A DNA stretch of 64,000 nt, taken from NCBI GenBank assembly GCA_050953105.1, contig JBMNMA010000007.1, forward strand, positions 198,923-262,922. Direction: 5' to 3'. The position numbers were made by a program, and so were the translations under genes. Every line of letters begins with the position of its first letter. Position 1 is the first letter of the stretch. Shown here piece after piece: positions 36,957 to 45,206 of this stretch. The notes beneath the pieces are model-generated. The model was given only the letters and a program-made list of their open reading frames with translations, searched no databases and had not been told where the DNA came from. Source of the stretch: Eubacteriales bacterium (GTDB taxonomy: Bacteria > Bacillota > Clostridia > Oscillospirales > CAG-382).

Positions 36957-39458
36957 ATGACGGTAAAGGTAAAAATACTCGCAGCATTTCTTAGTGTTTT
37001 GGTTTTACTGCCTTTGTTTGTTTTTAACGTGTCGCCGGAGGGGGAAAGCAATTATTCCTATCCGGTAGGCGGTGTAAACGTCAACCCCAAATCCGGCACT
37101 ATAATCGTATACACCCCCGAATACGGTAAAACCACCGGTGTTGGTGATAGCTACAACGCTATTGAAATTGCCGTTTCGAATTATAAAATAAAATCCATAG
37201 GTAAAACAAACAGCGAAATACCGTCCGACGGCTTTGTGGCGGTGGTAAGGGGAAACACCCTTAAAAGCCAGATAGAAAGCCTTAATTTAAAAGAGGGGGA
37301 CACGGCTATTTTTGATAACTATAACATGGAAATGTTTTTTATAAACGAAAACTATTCCCCTTTTTATTCGAATACAATAAACTTCGACCGCTACAACTCC
37401 ACCCGTACCGAAAACACCATTATAATCTATAATAAAGGCGAAACCACCAATACCAACATCTGGGGCAGCGAGGTGGTGGTTGACGGTGAGGGGTTTGTTG
37501 CCTCTATCGGCGGTAACAACAACATCATTCCCGAAGGGGGATTTGTCATATCCGCCGTCGGCAGGGAAAGGATTGCCGAGCTGACGGAGGCCGCCGCCCT
37601 GGGACTTAAGGTAACCGTTGATGACAAGGCAAAGACGATAACCTTTTCGTTTTCCAAAGAAAGCATCACCGGCAAGATGACGGTGGAATATAATAATTTT
37701 ATCGCTTCGGTGGAAAACTCCAAAAAGTCATACGCCGTCCTTGACTATGCCGAATGCGAAGCAATGCAAAACCTGATGAATCAAACCATTGCCAAGGCTA
37801 AAGCCGCCATGGAAAACAACGATATTGCCGGGGCAATGATTAAAAAATATGAGTTTGAAGGCTTAAAGCGGCAGGCCGAGGTTTTGGCAACCGAATTTCC
37901 TGCGGTGGAGGAACGGGCAGCATGGCTTAGGCCAAGTAATTCAGAAACACGGGAAAAAGTAAACGAAACCGTTAAAGCTATATATGAAGCAGGATTTAAC
38001 GCCGTCTGCATAGAGATGCTGTTTAATTCGGTAACCATATTCCCGGTGGACAGCGAAAAATATTTGTTTTCCCAGGACCCGGCATTAAAAGGCTTTGACG
38101 TGCTTAAAGCCTATATTGACGAATGCCACAAATACGGTATTGAAATTCACGGTTGGATGCCCTGTTTCAGGGTGTCCCACGGCTCCACAACCAATTCCAA
38201 ACTTGCCGTGTCCACCCTCAAGCCCGAATGGCTCCAGAAAGCAAAGTCCGGCACCGTGGAGGTGGGGGATACAAAGGGGTTGTTTTTCAATCCCGCCCTG
38301 CCGGAGGTGTGCGATTTCCTCCTAGAATTTTACCGGTATATACTTGAAACCTATGCCCTTGACGGCTTTCAGCTTGACTATATCCGCTATCCCTTTGCCA
38401 CAGGCGAGGATTTCGGCTACGACGACTATACCAGAAACGCATTTAAAGAAAAACACGGCACCGATCCGATGGAATTAACCACCTCATCACCGTTATGGAA
38501 CGAATGGTGCAAGTTTAGGGCGGCCTATGTTACCGACTTTGTCAGACGATTTTCCCAGATGGCAAGGGAAATCCGCCCCGACATTTATGTTTCCGCCGCC
38601 GTCGCCCCCGATTTCAGGGACATGTATGTTAAATATATGCAGGAGTCCGAAATTTGGCTTACAACCGGCCTTATCGATATGGCCTTCCCCATGGCCTACG
38701 GCACCAATGTTATTCCTTTGTATTCCTCCTTTACCGTCAACGCCGCAGGGGATAAGGCTTATTCCTATATCGGCGTAGGGGATTACGGTGTTGACATTTT
38801 CAAGCGGCAGATTGTAGAAACCAGACAAGCTGGTGCCGACGGCTTTGCCTTTTTCGCCTGGAACCAGTATGTTACCGGAGGATATCAGCAGGAGATTGCC
38901 AAAACCATTCTGTCAAAACCCGCCTTATCCCCGTCCTATAAAAGCGCAGATGCCCTTACTGCCCAGATGGATTACATAATGAAACGGCTTGACGCAATAA
39001 AGTATATAAACCCCTCCGCCGTTACGGAGGAGTTAGGAATTTTAATCAAGTCAACGTCTGCTAATATACAAAGTGCTTTTAGATCATTTTACGCCGAAGA
39101 TTGTGCGGAAATTATAAAGGAAGCAATGGAACGATTAACCGCAATGAATCTTGAAGATGGCGTAAAGGAAGTTTTACTTGCGGATTTTTCCAAGGCATAT
39201 AAAATTTCATCCCTTTCAAAGAGCAAAGCCAAAAAGGAATATGCCCAAAACCATCCCCAAACCGAAGAATCGGGGGAGGAATCTTCCGAGGACATCAGTT
39301 CAAGTCAAAGTGAAAGCAGCATACCGGCCGAAAGCGGCGGAAATAAAAAATCCGGCGGCAGTTCAAAGGCCGGCCTTATCGCCGGACTGGCTGGAGCAGG
39401 AGTAATACTGGCCGTGTTAGCAACAATTATTATGGTAAAACGGAGGAAGAAAAAATGA
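36957..39458 (+). CDS. membrane-anchored glycoside hydrolase-like family 10 (GHL10/YngK-type) protein
   Basis: Signal peptide and a central TIM-barrel-like region ('FNAVCIEMLFNS', 'DGFQLDYIRYP'). A Ser/Glu-rich stalk leads to the C-terminal TM anchor 'GLIAGLAGAGVILAVLATIIMVKRRKKK'. Confidence 0.7.
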   Translation: MTVKVKILAAFLSVLVLLPLFVFNVSPEGESNYSYPVGGVNVNPKSGTIIVYTPEYGKTTGVGDSYNAIEIAVSNYKIKSIGKTNSEIPSDGFVAVVRGNTLKSQIESLNLKEGDTAIFDNYNMEMFFINENYSPFYSNTINFDRYNSTRTENTIIIYNKGETTNTNIWGSEVVVDGEGFVASIGGNNNIIPEGGFVISAVGRERIAELTEAAALGLKVTVDDKAKTITFSFSKESITGKMTVEYNNFIASVENSKKSYAVLDYAECEAMQNLMNQTIAKAKAAMENNDIAGAMIKKYEFEGLKRQAEVLATEFPAVEERAAWLRPSNSETREKVNETVKAIYEAGFNAVCIEMLFNSVTIFPVDSEKYLFSQDPALKGFDVLKAYIDECHKYGIEIHGWMPCFRVSHGSTTNSKLAVSTLKPEWLQKAKSGTVEVGDTKGLFFNPALPEVCDFLLEFYRYILETYALDGFQLDYIRYPFATGEDFGYDDYTRNAFKEKHGTDPMELTTSSPLWNEWCKFRAAYVTDFVRRFSQMAREIRPDIYVSAAVAPDFRDMYVKYMQESEIWLTTGLIDMAFPMAYGTNVIPLYSSFTVNAAGDKAYSYIGVGDYGVDIFKRQIVETRQAGADGFAFFAWNQYVTGGYQQEIAKTILSKPALSPSYKSADALTAQMDYIMKRLDAIKYINPSAVTEELGILIKSTSANIQSAFRSFYAEDCAEIIKEAMERLTAMNLEDGVKEVLLADFSKAYKISSLSKSKAKKEYAQNHPQTEESGEESSEDISSSQSESSIPAESGGNKKSGGSSKAGLIAGLAGAGVILAVLATIIMVKRRKKK

Positions 39459-40624
39459 TTATAAGACCTCTAAGGGAGGACGAGGGCTACAAGGCCAGAA
39501 TGCTTATGGGCTGCGCCTTCAGTTATTCGGTGGACTGGGAGGCCGACAAGCCAAACAAGCTTACCGAGGAAAGCATCGGCGCATTTTGCGACGACGGCGA
39601 AACCCTTATGGCGCAGGTGGTTATTAAAAATTATAAATCCTGTTTCTGCGGCAGCGTTGTTAATGCTGTGGGTATCGCCGGTGTTTCCACCTATCCCGAA
39701 TACCGCCGCAACGGCTGTATAAAGGCAATATTTAATGAGATTTTCAAAATGGCCCCCGAACGGGGATGGCTGGTATCATACCTTTACCCCTTTTCCTACA
39801 GATATTACCGCAAATACGGCTATGAGGTGTTTTTCAAGCACAAAACCCTCACCATACCCTTTGATATGATAACCCATATCAACCGCAACTCCTCGGCTGT
39901 CCTTTACACCGGACAGCAGGATGTGGCTGCCGGAATTTTAGACGTTTACAACACCTATGCCGCCGGCCGCAACGTCTGCTTTAAGCGGGAAGAAATGTCC
40001 GCATACAGCGACAACCCGGTTAAAAGCCTTAGGTATACATATTTGTGGTATGACGGCAAAACCCCCAAGGCCTACGCTACTGTAAAGCCCGCCCAGGATT
40101 CCACCCTTGAGGTTGTCGAGCTGGTTTACACCGATAAAGCTTCTTTATACGGCATTCTCGGCTTTTTGCGCCTGTATGACGGGCAGTTTAAAAAGCTGTA
40201 TATACCTTTTTTGGAATACGATTCCCCGGTGGAATATCTCCTTGATTCCGACAGAGGTATGAGCGCCGGCAGCTTTGACGGGGTTCAGGGAAGGCTTATT
40301 GATATAAAAAAGGTGCTTGAATTAAACAAATACCCCGACACAGCCGGCAGTGTCAGGGTTAAAATATACGGCGATTTTATAACCGAAAACAACGGCATTT
40401 ATGATATTTCCTTTGAAAAGGGCAAGGGAACCGTCCGCAAGGAGTTAGACGGGGAATATGACATAGCCATAACAATTCAGTCATTCAGCCGTTTGGTGTT
40501 CGGGGACGTTCATGAATACGCCATTCCTTTCCTTGACGGCATAGAAATTAAAAATAACGATAAAATAGCCGTTTTATCCCGGTGCTTTGCCAAAAAGCCC
40601 CTTAATTTGTTTGAAAGATTTTAG
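39455..40624 (+). CDS. Eis-like GNAT acetyltransferase (GNAT + SCP2-like C-terminal domain)
   Basis: 389 aa with 'GIAGVSTYPEYRRNGCIKAIFNEI'. Its start overlaps the upstream stop (ATGA). Confidence 0.7.
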   Translation: MIIRPLREDEGYKARMLMGCAFSYSVDWEADKPNKLTEESIGAFCDDGETLMAQVVIKNYKSCFCGSVVNAVGIAGVSTYPEYRRNGCIKAIFNEIFKMAPERGWLVSYLYPFSYRYYRKYGYEVFFKHKTLTIPFDMITHINRNSSAVLYTGQQDVAAGILDVYNTYAAGRNVCFKREEMSAYSDNPVKSLRYTYLWYDGKTPKAYATVKPAQDSTLEVVELVYTDKASLYGILGFLRLYDGQFKKLYIPFLEYDSPVEYLLDSDRGMSAGSFDGVQGRLIDIKKVLELNKYPDTAGSVRVKIYGDFITENNGIYDISFEKGKGTVRKELDGEYDIAITIQSFSRLVFGDVHEYAIPFLDGIEIKNNDKIAVLSRCFAKKPLNLFERF

Positions 40625-40724
40625 TCCGCAACCACAGGTTGACATGGATTTTATAAAATGCAAACGAAAGTTTATTGTTTTACATTGCCTTATCTGATAT
40701 AAAATTAGGCGGAGGTGGCTTTAA

Positions 40725-41198
40725 GTGAAAAAGAAAATAACCGAAACCATCAGAGACGTGCTTGAAAGTTTAAAGAACGGTGAAGTAGGCCTTGACGAGG
40801 CCCAAAACCTTATCGAGGTGCTTGTCGCCGATAAGGTTATAGAAAAGTCAATAAAATGGCAGGACGACGGCGGTATAAGAATTGCGGTGTTCAAAGGAAG
40901 AAGTCTTATCCGCAACAGCGACCGGGACAACCTCCAGTGTGACATTACCTTTACCGGCGAACCCCTTAATGTTTACTGCGACCATTCCCTTACGGTAAAG
41001 GGGAACGTTATCGGCTCGGCCGTTGCGGGCCATTCCCTTAAATGCGAAGGCTTTGTCGGCGGCGATGCCAAGGCGGGCCATTCCATAAACTGCGGTGACG
41101 TTAAAAATAACGTCAAAGCCGGCCATAAAGTAAGCTGTGGCAGCGTAGGCGGCAATATAACCGCCGGTCACGGTGTCAGCTTTTCGGGAAAAGGCTGA
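40725..41198 (+). CDS. SHOCT-like N-terminal helix + beta-helix-type repeat protein with a His/Cys ladder
   Basis: GTG start follows a GGAGGTG RBS. 'ETIRDVLESLKNGEVGLDEAQNLIEVL' is SHOCT-like. Five repeats of 15-16 residues carry '(A/C)(G/D)H' and three carry HxxxC. Confidence 0.55.
   Translation: MKKKITETIRDVLESLKNGEVGLDEAQNLIEVLVADKVIEKSIKWQDDGGIRIAVFKGRSLIRNSDRDNLQCDITFTGEPLNVYCDHSLTVKGNVIGSAVAGHSLKCEGFVGGDAKAGHSINCGDVKNNVKAGHKVSCGSVGGNITAGHGVSFSGKG
40974..41195 (+). repeat. five tandem ~45-48-bp coding repeats (xAGHxxxCGxVxxx units)
   Basis: His at residues 87, 103, 119, 134 and 149. Cys at residues 85, 107, 123 and 138. Confidence 0.85.
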
Positions 41199-41243
41199 AA
41201 CCCGCCTGCCGAAGTATAAAACACATATTAAATATTCACCTGA

Positions 41244-41276
41244 AACGTCCGGTTTTTTCGGGCGTTTTTATTTTTT
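41244..41276 (+). terminator. rho-independent terminator
   Basis: 'AACGTCCG-gtttttt-CGGGCGTT' followed by TTTATTTTTT. Confidence 0.75.
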
Positions 41277-41318
41277 CCACCGGGACATAATAGGGAAGGG
41301 AAAGAAAATACAATATAA

Positions 41319-41381
41319 CGAACAAATGTTCTTGACAAGTAAATCGATTCATGCTACAATAGAGTAGCAAACAAATGTTCT
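41319..41381 (+). promoter_or_regulatory. SOS-regulated promoter of dinB: two LexA (Cheo) boxes bracketing a consensus sigma-A promoter
   Basis: Box 1 is CGAACAAATGTTCT (41319-41332). The -35 is TTGACA (41332-41337) and, 17 nt on, the -10 is TGcTACAAT (41352-41360). Box 2 is CAAACAAATGTTCT (41368-41381). Confidence 0.8.
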
Positions 41382-41404
41382 TTAAATGTGGTTGAGGCAA
41401 AGAC

Positions 41405-42601
41405 ATGGATAGAATTATAATTCATTGTGATTGCAACAGCTTTTTCGCCTCGGTTGAGACGGTGGCCCATCCCGAATACAAAAATGTCCCCATGGCGGTG
41501 TGCGGCAGCAAGGAGGAACGGCACGGCGTTGTCCTTGCCAAAAACGAACTTGCCAAAAAAAGCGGTGTGGCCACCGGGGAGGTTATCTGGCAGGCAAAGC
41601 AGAAATGTCCCGCTCTGGTGGTGGTTCCCCCCCATCATCAGCTTTATGAGGAATATTCCCGGGAAGTAAACCGCATCTACGGCGACTACACCGATATGAT
41701 AGAGCCTTTCGGCATAGACGAATCCTGGCTTGATGTTACCGGTTCCACCAACCTTTTCGGCAGCGGCAAGAAAATCGCCGACGAAATAAGACACCGGATA
41801 AAAACCGAGCTGGGGATAACCGTATCCGCCGGGGTGTCTTTTAACAAAACCTTTGCAAAGCTGGGGAGCGACTATAAAAAGCCGGATGCCACCACGGTAA
41901 TAACACGGGAAACCTACAAGCGGATACTTTATCCTCTCCCGGTGGGGGATATGATGTATATCGGCCGCCATACGGTGCCAAAGCTTAAAATGCTGGGGAT
42001 AAACACCATAGGCGACCTTGCCAATACCGACGTGGAGGTGCTTATATCCATGTTCGGCAAGGCGGGCAAGGCATTACACGATGCCTGCCACGGCAGGGAT
42101 GAAAGTATCGTCCATACCGAGCCGGCGGCACCAAAGTCCTTCGGCAACGGCATGACCTTTTTGCGGGATCTAAAGGGGGAGGAGGATTTCAGAAAGGCAA
42201 TAACCTTCCTTGCCGATAAAGCCACTACCCGTATGCGTGAGGCAAAGGCAAAATGCCGGGTGGTAAGCGTTATGATACGGGACACCTCCCTTAAAATGAT
42301 AACCCGGCAGAAAAAGTTGCCTTTTCCCACCTCGTCGGTCAAAACGGTGGAGGAAGCGGCAATAAGTCTTGTGCTGGCAAACTGGAACATGTCCGTCCCC
42401 GTCAGATCCTTACAGGTGGCCTGCTGCGACCTGGTGGAGGAGGATAAAATCGCCACCCAGCTTTGCCTTTTCTATACTCCGGAGGAGATTAGGGAGGAAA
42501 AGCGGTCAAACCTTGATCGTGAAACCGACCGTATCCGTTCCCTCTACGGCAGGCATATAATAACCAGAGCCTCCCTTCTTGTTAACGACCTGGGAATATA
42601 A
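41405..42601 (+). CDS. dinB: DNA polymerase IV (Y-family)
   Basis: 'IIHCDCNSFFASVE', 'GIDESWLDVTG' and 'SAGVSFNKTFAKLGSD'. Confidence 0.9.
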   Translation: MDRIIIHCDCNSFFASVETVAHPEYKNVPMAVCGSKEERHGVVLAKNELAKKSGVATGEVIWQAKQKCPALVVVPPHHQLYEEYSREVNRIYGDYTDMIEPFGIDESWLDVTGSTNLFGSGKKIADEIRHRIKTELGITVSAGVSFNKTFAKLGSDYKKPDATTVITRETYKRILYPLPVGDMMYIGRHTVPKLKMLGINTIGDLANTDVEVLISMFGKAGKALHDACHGRDESIVHTEPAAPKSFGNGMTFLRDLKGEEDFRKAITFLADKATTRMREAKAKCRVVSVMIRDTSLKMITRQKKLPFPTSSVKTVEEAAISLVLANWNMSVPVRSLQVACCDLVEEDKIATQLCLFYTPEEIREEKRSNLDRETDRIRSLYGRHIITRASLLVNDLGI

Positions 42602-42645
42602 TATGAAATGCTTTGGAAATATAATGAATAACCCCCAATTTCCGC

Positions 42646-42674
42646 TTGACCGTAATAATAATAAATGATATAAT
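42646..42674 (+). promoter_or_regulatory. strong sigma-A type promoter upstream of the DUF559 cassette
   Basis: TTGACC (42646-42651), 17 nt, TGaTATAAT (42666-42674). Confidence 0.7.
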
Positions 42675-42744
42675 TTGATTTAATCCAACATAACGGTTAG
42701 CAATACGCTGCTGCAGAGGCACTAACATGGAATAAATGCAAAAA

Positions 42745-42794
42745 GCCTTCCGACTTTCGGGGAAGGGGGACCGCGTCAGCGGTGGATGAGGGGT
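42745..42794 (+). repeat. left arm of the inverted repeat flanking the DUF559 gene
   Basis: 'GCCTTCCGACTTTCGGGGAAGG GGGACCGCGTCAGCGGT GGATGAGGGGT'. Hairpin A is the first 22 nt and hairpin B is ACCGC-gtca-GCGGT. Confidence 0.9.
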
Positions 42795-42955
42795 TATATA
42801 CGACCATACGGGAAAGAATAGAGTACGAATGAAATACAGCCTTCCGGGTGGATTAAATCCGCCTACGGCAAAATTCAGAATACAATAATCTACTTTCTTG
42901 CGTTACACATCAGCACCTATAACATAAAAATTAAGCTTTAATTTATGAGGTGCCT

Positions 42956-43339
42956 ATGCGTTATCTTCCAAGAAATATAAAAATCAAAGAAGTCAGTCAA
43001 ACACTCCGTAAAAACATGACCAAAGAGGAAAAACATCTTTGGTATGACTTCCTTCGCACCTATCCCGTCCAGTTTTACCGCCAAAAAATTATAGGAAACT
43101 ACATAATTGATTTTTATTGCCCTTCGGCAAAGCTTGCTGTTGAAATCGACGGTTATCACCATTTGGACGAGAGCAAAGTAAATAAAGATATAAAAAGAAC
43201 AGAATATCTAAGCGAATTTGAAATCACCGTAATTCGTTTTTGGAATTTTGAAATACATAAATCCTTTGACTATGTTTGTAATACAATAGATGCCATGGTT
43301 AAGAAGCTGACCGGGCAAGCAGAGCCGGAATTTTTATAA
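42956..43339 (+). CDS. DUF559 domain endonuclease (Vsr/restriction-endonuclease-like fold)
   Basis: 'YPVQFYRQKIIGNYIIDFYCPSAKLAVEIDGYHH...RTEYLSEFEITVIRFWNFEI' is the typical DUF559 core. I placed the start at ATG 42956 after a GAGGTG RBS. Confidence 0.8.
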   Translation: MRYLPRNIKIKEVSQTLRKNMTKEEKHLWYDFLRTYPVQFYRQKIIGNYIIDFYCPSAKLAVEIDGYHHLDESKVNKDIKRTEYLSEFEITVIRFWNFEIHKSFDYVCNTIDAMVKKLTGQAEPEFL

Positions 43340-43409
43340 GCTGCTATTGCGGTATCATACGAATGCAACTGTAATTTCGGGGTAATTTTGTCGCTGCAAA
43401 GCGGATGCT

Positions 43410-43460
43410 ACCCCTCATCCGTCAGCCTTCGGCTGCCACCTTCCCCGAAAGTCGGAAGGC
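43410..43460 (-). repeat. right arm of the inverted repeat flanking the DUF559 gene
   Basis: The reverse complement reads 'GCCTTCCGACTTTCGGGGAAGG TGGCAGCCGAAGGCTGAC GGATGAGGGGT'. The 22 and 11 terminal nt are identical to the left arm. The centre differs in sequence but still forms a hairpin (CAGCC-gaa-GGCTG). Confidence 0.9.
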
Positions 43461-43562
43461 TAAATTTAAAATTCACCTTCCAGCGTCTGCATAAAATAGC
43501 ATCTTACTCAATTTGCGATATTTTACTTTTACATAAATTAATATCACACACGGAGAAATACA

Positions 43563-45206
43563 ATGGACTATAACAGACTTGCCGAAATGCTTTTTCCCGA
43601 CATAACCGAAACACCCGAATATTACGAGGAAAAATATCCCCCCCGCAACCTTCCCGAAGGGGCGATAGTAACACGCCTTGCCCCCTCCCCTACGGGTTTT
43701 GTCCATCTGGGGAACATCCTTCAAGGGCTTACCTCCGAGCGGATGGCTCACCAGTCCGGCGGGGTGCTTTTCTTGCGCATAGAGGACACCGACGCCAAGC
43801 GGGAGGTTAAGGGTGCGGTTAAGGCCTTAATCGACGGGCTTAAATACTGCGGTATAACCTTTGACGAAGGCGCCACCGCCGACGGGGATTTCGGCAGCTA
43901 CGGTCCCTACCGCCAGCGACAACGGGTTAAAATCTACCATTGCTATGCCAAGGTTCTTGTCCAAAAGGGAATGGCCTACCCCTGCTTTGCCACCGCCGAA
44001 GAGCTTGACGAAATAAGAAATAAACAGCAGGAACTGAAATGCGATCTCGGTTACTACGGCCAATGGGCCAAATGGCGGGACAGAAGCATTGAGGACATTC
44101 AGGCCCAGCTTGACAAGGGAACACCCTGGGTTTTGCGCTTCCGCACCGACGGCAACCGGTTAAACAAGCACCCCTTTGACGACCTTATAAAGGGAAGGGT
44201 TGAAATAACCGAAAACGACATCGACCATGTGCTGTTAAAATCCGACGGCATTCCCACCTATCACTTCGCCCACGCCGTGGACGACCACCTTATGCAGACC
44301 ACACACGTGGTGAGGGGGGACGAATGGCTGCCTTCCCTGCCTTTCCATATACAGCTTTTCAAAGCCCTTGATTTTAAACTGCCCAAATACCTCCACATCG
44401 GCCCCCTTATGAAGATGGACGGCACCTCCAAGCGCAAGCTTTCAAAGCGCAAGGACCCGGAAATCGCCCTTTCCTTCTACAAAAAGATGGGTTATCCCGT
44501 GGAGGCAATAAACGAATACATGCTTACCATCCTCAATTCCAATTTTGAGGACTGGCGGCGTCAAAACCCCGACAAACCCATTGATGAATTTAAATTTTCA
44601 TATAAAAAGATGAATCCCGCAGGCTCGTTGTTTGACGAAGCCAAGTTCAGGGACGTTTCTAAAAACGTCATTTCAAAATTCACCGCCGAAAGAGTGTTTG
44701 AATCTACCCTTAATTGGGCGGAAGAGTTTGACAAACCCTTTGCCGATGTCCTTTCAAACAATAAAGAAAGGGCAATAAACGCCTTGAATATCGGCCGGGG
44801 AGGCAACAAGCCCCGCAAGGATATAGCCGCCTGGAGCGAGGTTAAGGATTATATAGGCTTTATCTTTGACGAATGTTTTGAAATTGTCGACAACCTTGAC
44901 AGCTATGACAAGGCGGACGTTAAAGCCATACTGACAGAGTTTGTAAAAACCTATTCGGCCGGTGACGACCAGAACACATGGTTTGCCAAAATCAAGGAAA
45001 ATGGAGCAAAATACGGCTACTGCCCCGACATGAAGGAGTATAAAGCCAATCCCGAAAACTATAAGGGAAGCGTAGCAGACGTTTCGTCGTTTATCCGCAT
45101 TGCGGTAACCGGCCGGCTTAACTCCCCCGACCTGTATGCCATAATGCAAATTATCGGAGAAGGCGAAACGGCAAAACGAATTGATAAATTTAAGGAGACA
45201 TTATAA
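43563..45206 (+). CDS. gltX: glutamate--tRNA ligase
   Basis: 547 aa with HIGH-type 'PSPTGFVHLGN', 'LRIEDTD' and KMSKS-type 'KLSKRK'. Confidence 0.9.
   Translation: MDYNRLAEMLFPDITETPEYYEEKYPPRNLPEGAIVTRLAPSPTGFVHLGNILQGLTSERMAHQSGGVLFLRIEDTDAKREVKGAVKALIDGLKYCGITFDEGATADGDFGSYGPYRQRQRVKIYHCYAKVLVQKGMAYPCFATAEELDEIRNKQQELKCDLGYYGQWAKWRDRSIEDIQAQLDKGTPWVLRFRTDGNRLNKHPFDDLIKGRVEITENDIDHVLLKSDGIPTYHFAHAVDDHLMQTTHVVRGDEWLPSLPFHIQLFKALDFKLPKYLHIGPLMKMDGTSKRKLSKRKDPEIALSFYKKMGYPVEAINEYMLTILNSNFEDWRRQNPDKPIDEFKFSYKKMNPAGSLFDEAKFRDVSKNVISKFTAERVFESTLNWAEEFDKPFADVLSNNKERAINALNIGRGGNKPRKDIAAWSEVKDYIGFIFDECFEIVDNLDSYDKADVKAILTEFVKTYSAGDDQNTWFAKIKENGAKYGYCPDMKEYKANPENYKGSVADVSSFIRIAVTGRLNSPDLYAIMQIIGEGETAKRIDKFKETL

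Noticed and set aside
41354-41971. 205-aa minus-strand ORF, and 41929-42456 (175 aa)
   Set aside because: Both are antisense to dinB, which has clear Y-family polymerase motifs.
42603-42668. 21-aa ORF right after dinB (MKCFGNIMNNPQFPLDRNNNK)
   Set aside because: It has no RBS, overlaps the predicted promoter elements, and is probably fortuitous.
42780-42820. Hammerhead-like 'GGATGAG ... GAAAG' and RNase-P-like 'GAAAGTC' strings in the repeat arms
   Set aside because: The core CUGAUGA is not matched (two mismatches), and the required stem II and stem III pairings cannot be drawn. The resemblance looks coincidental.
42681-42950. T-box riboswitch for gltX in the long leader ('CCGGGTGGATTAAATCCGCC', 'AGAGTA')
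   Set aside because: There is no match to the conserved T-box 'AGGGTGGNACCGCG', no terminator/antiterminator pair followed by a U-tract, and no clear specifier loop. A DUF559 ORF also lies between the leader and gltX. An Infernal T-box scan would settle it.
43388-43573. 61-aa plus-strand ORF spanning the right repeat arm
   Set aside because: It has no RBS, runs through the structured repeat and into the gltX start, and has implausible composition.
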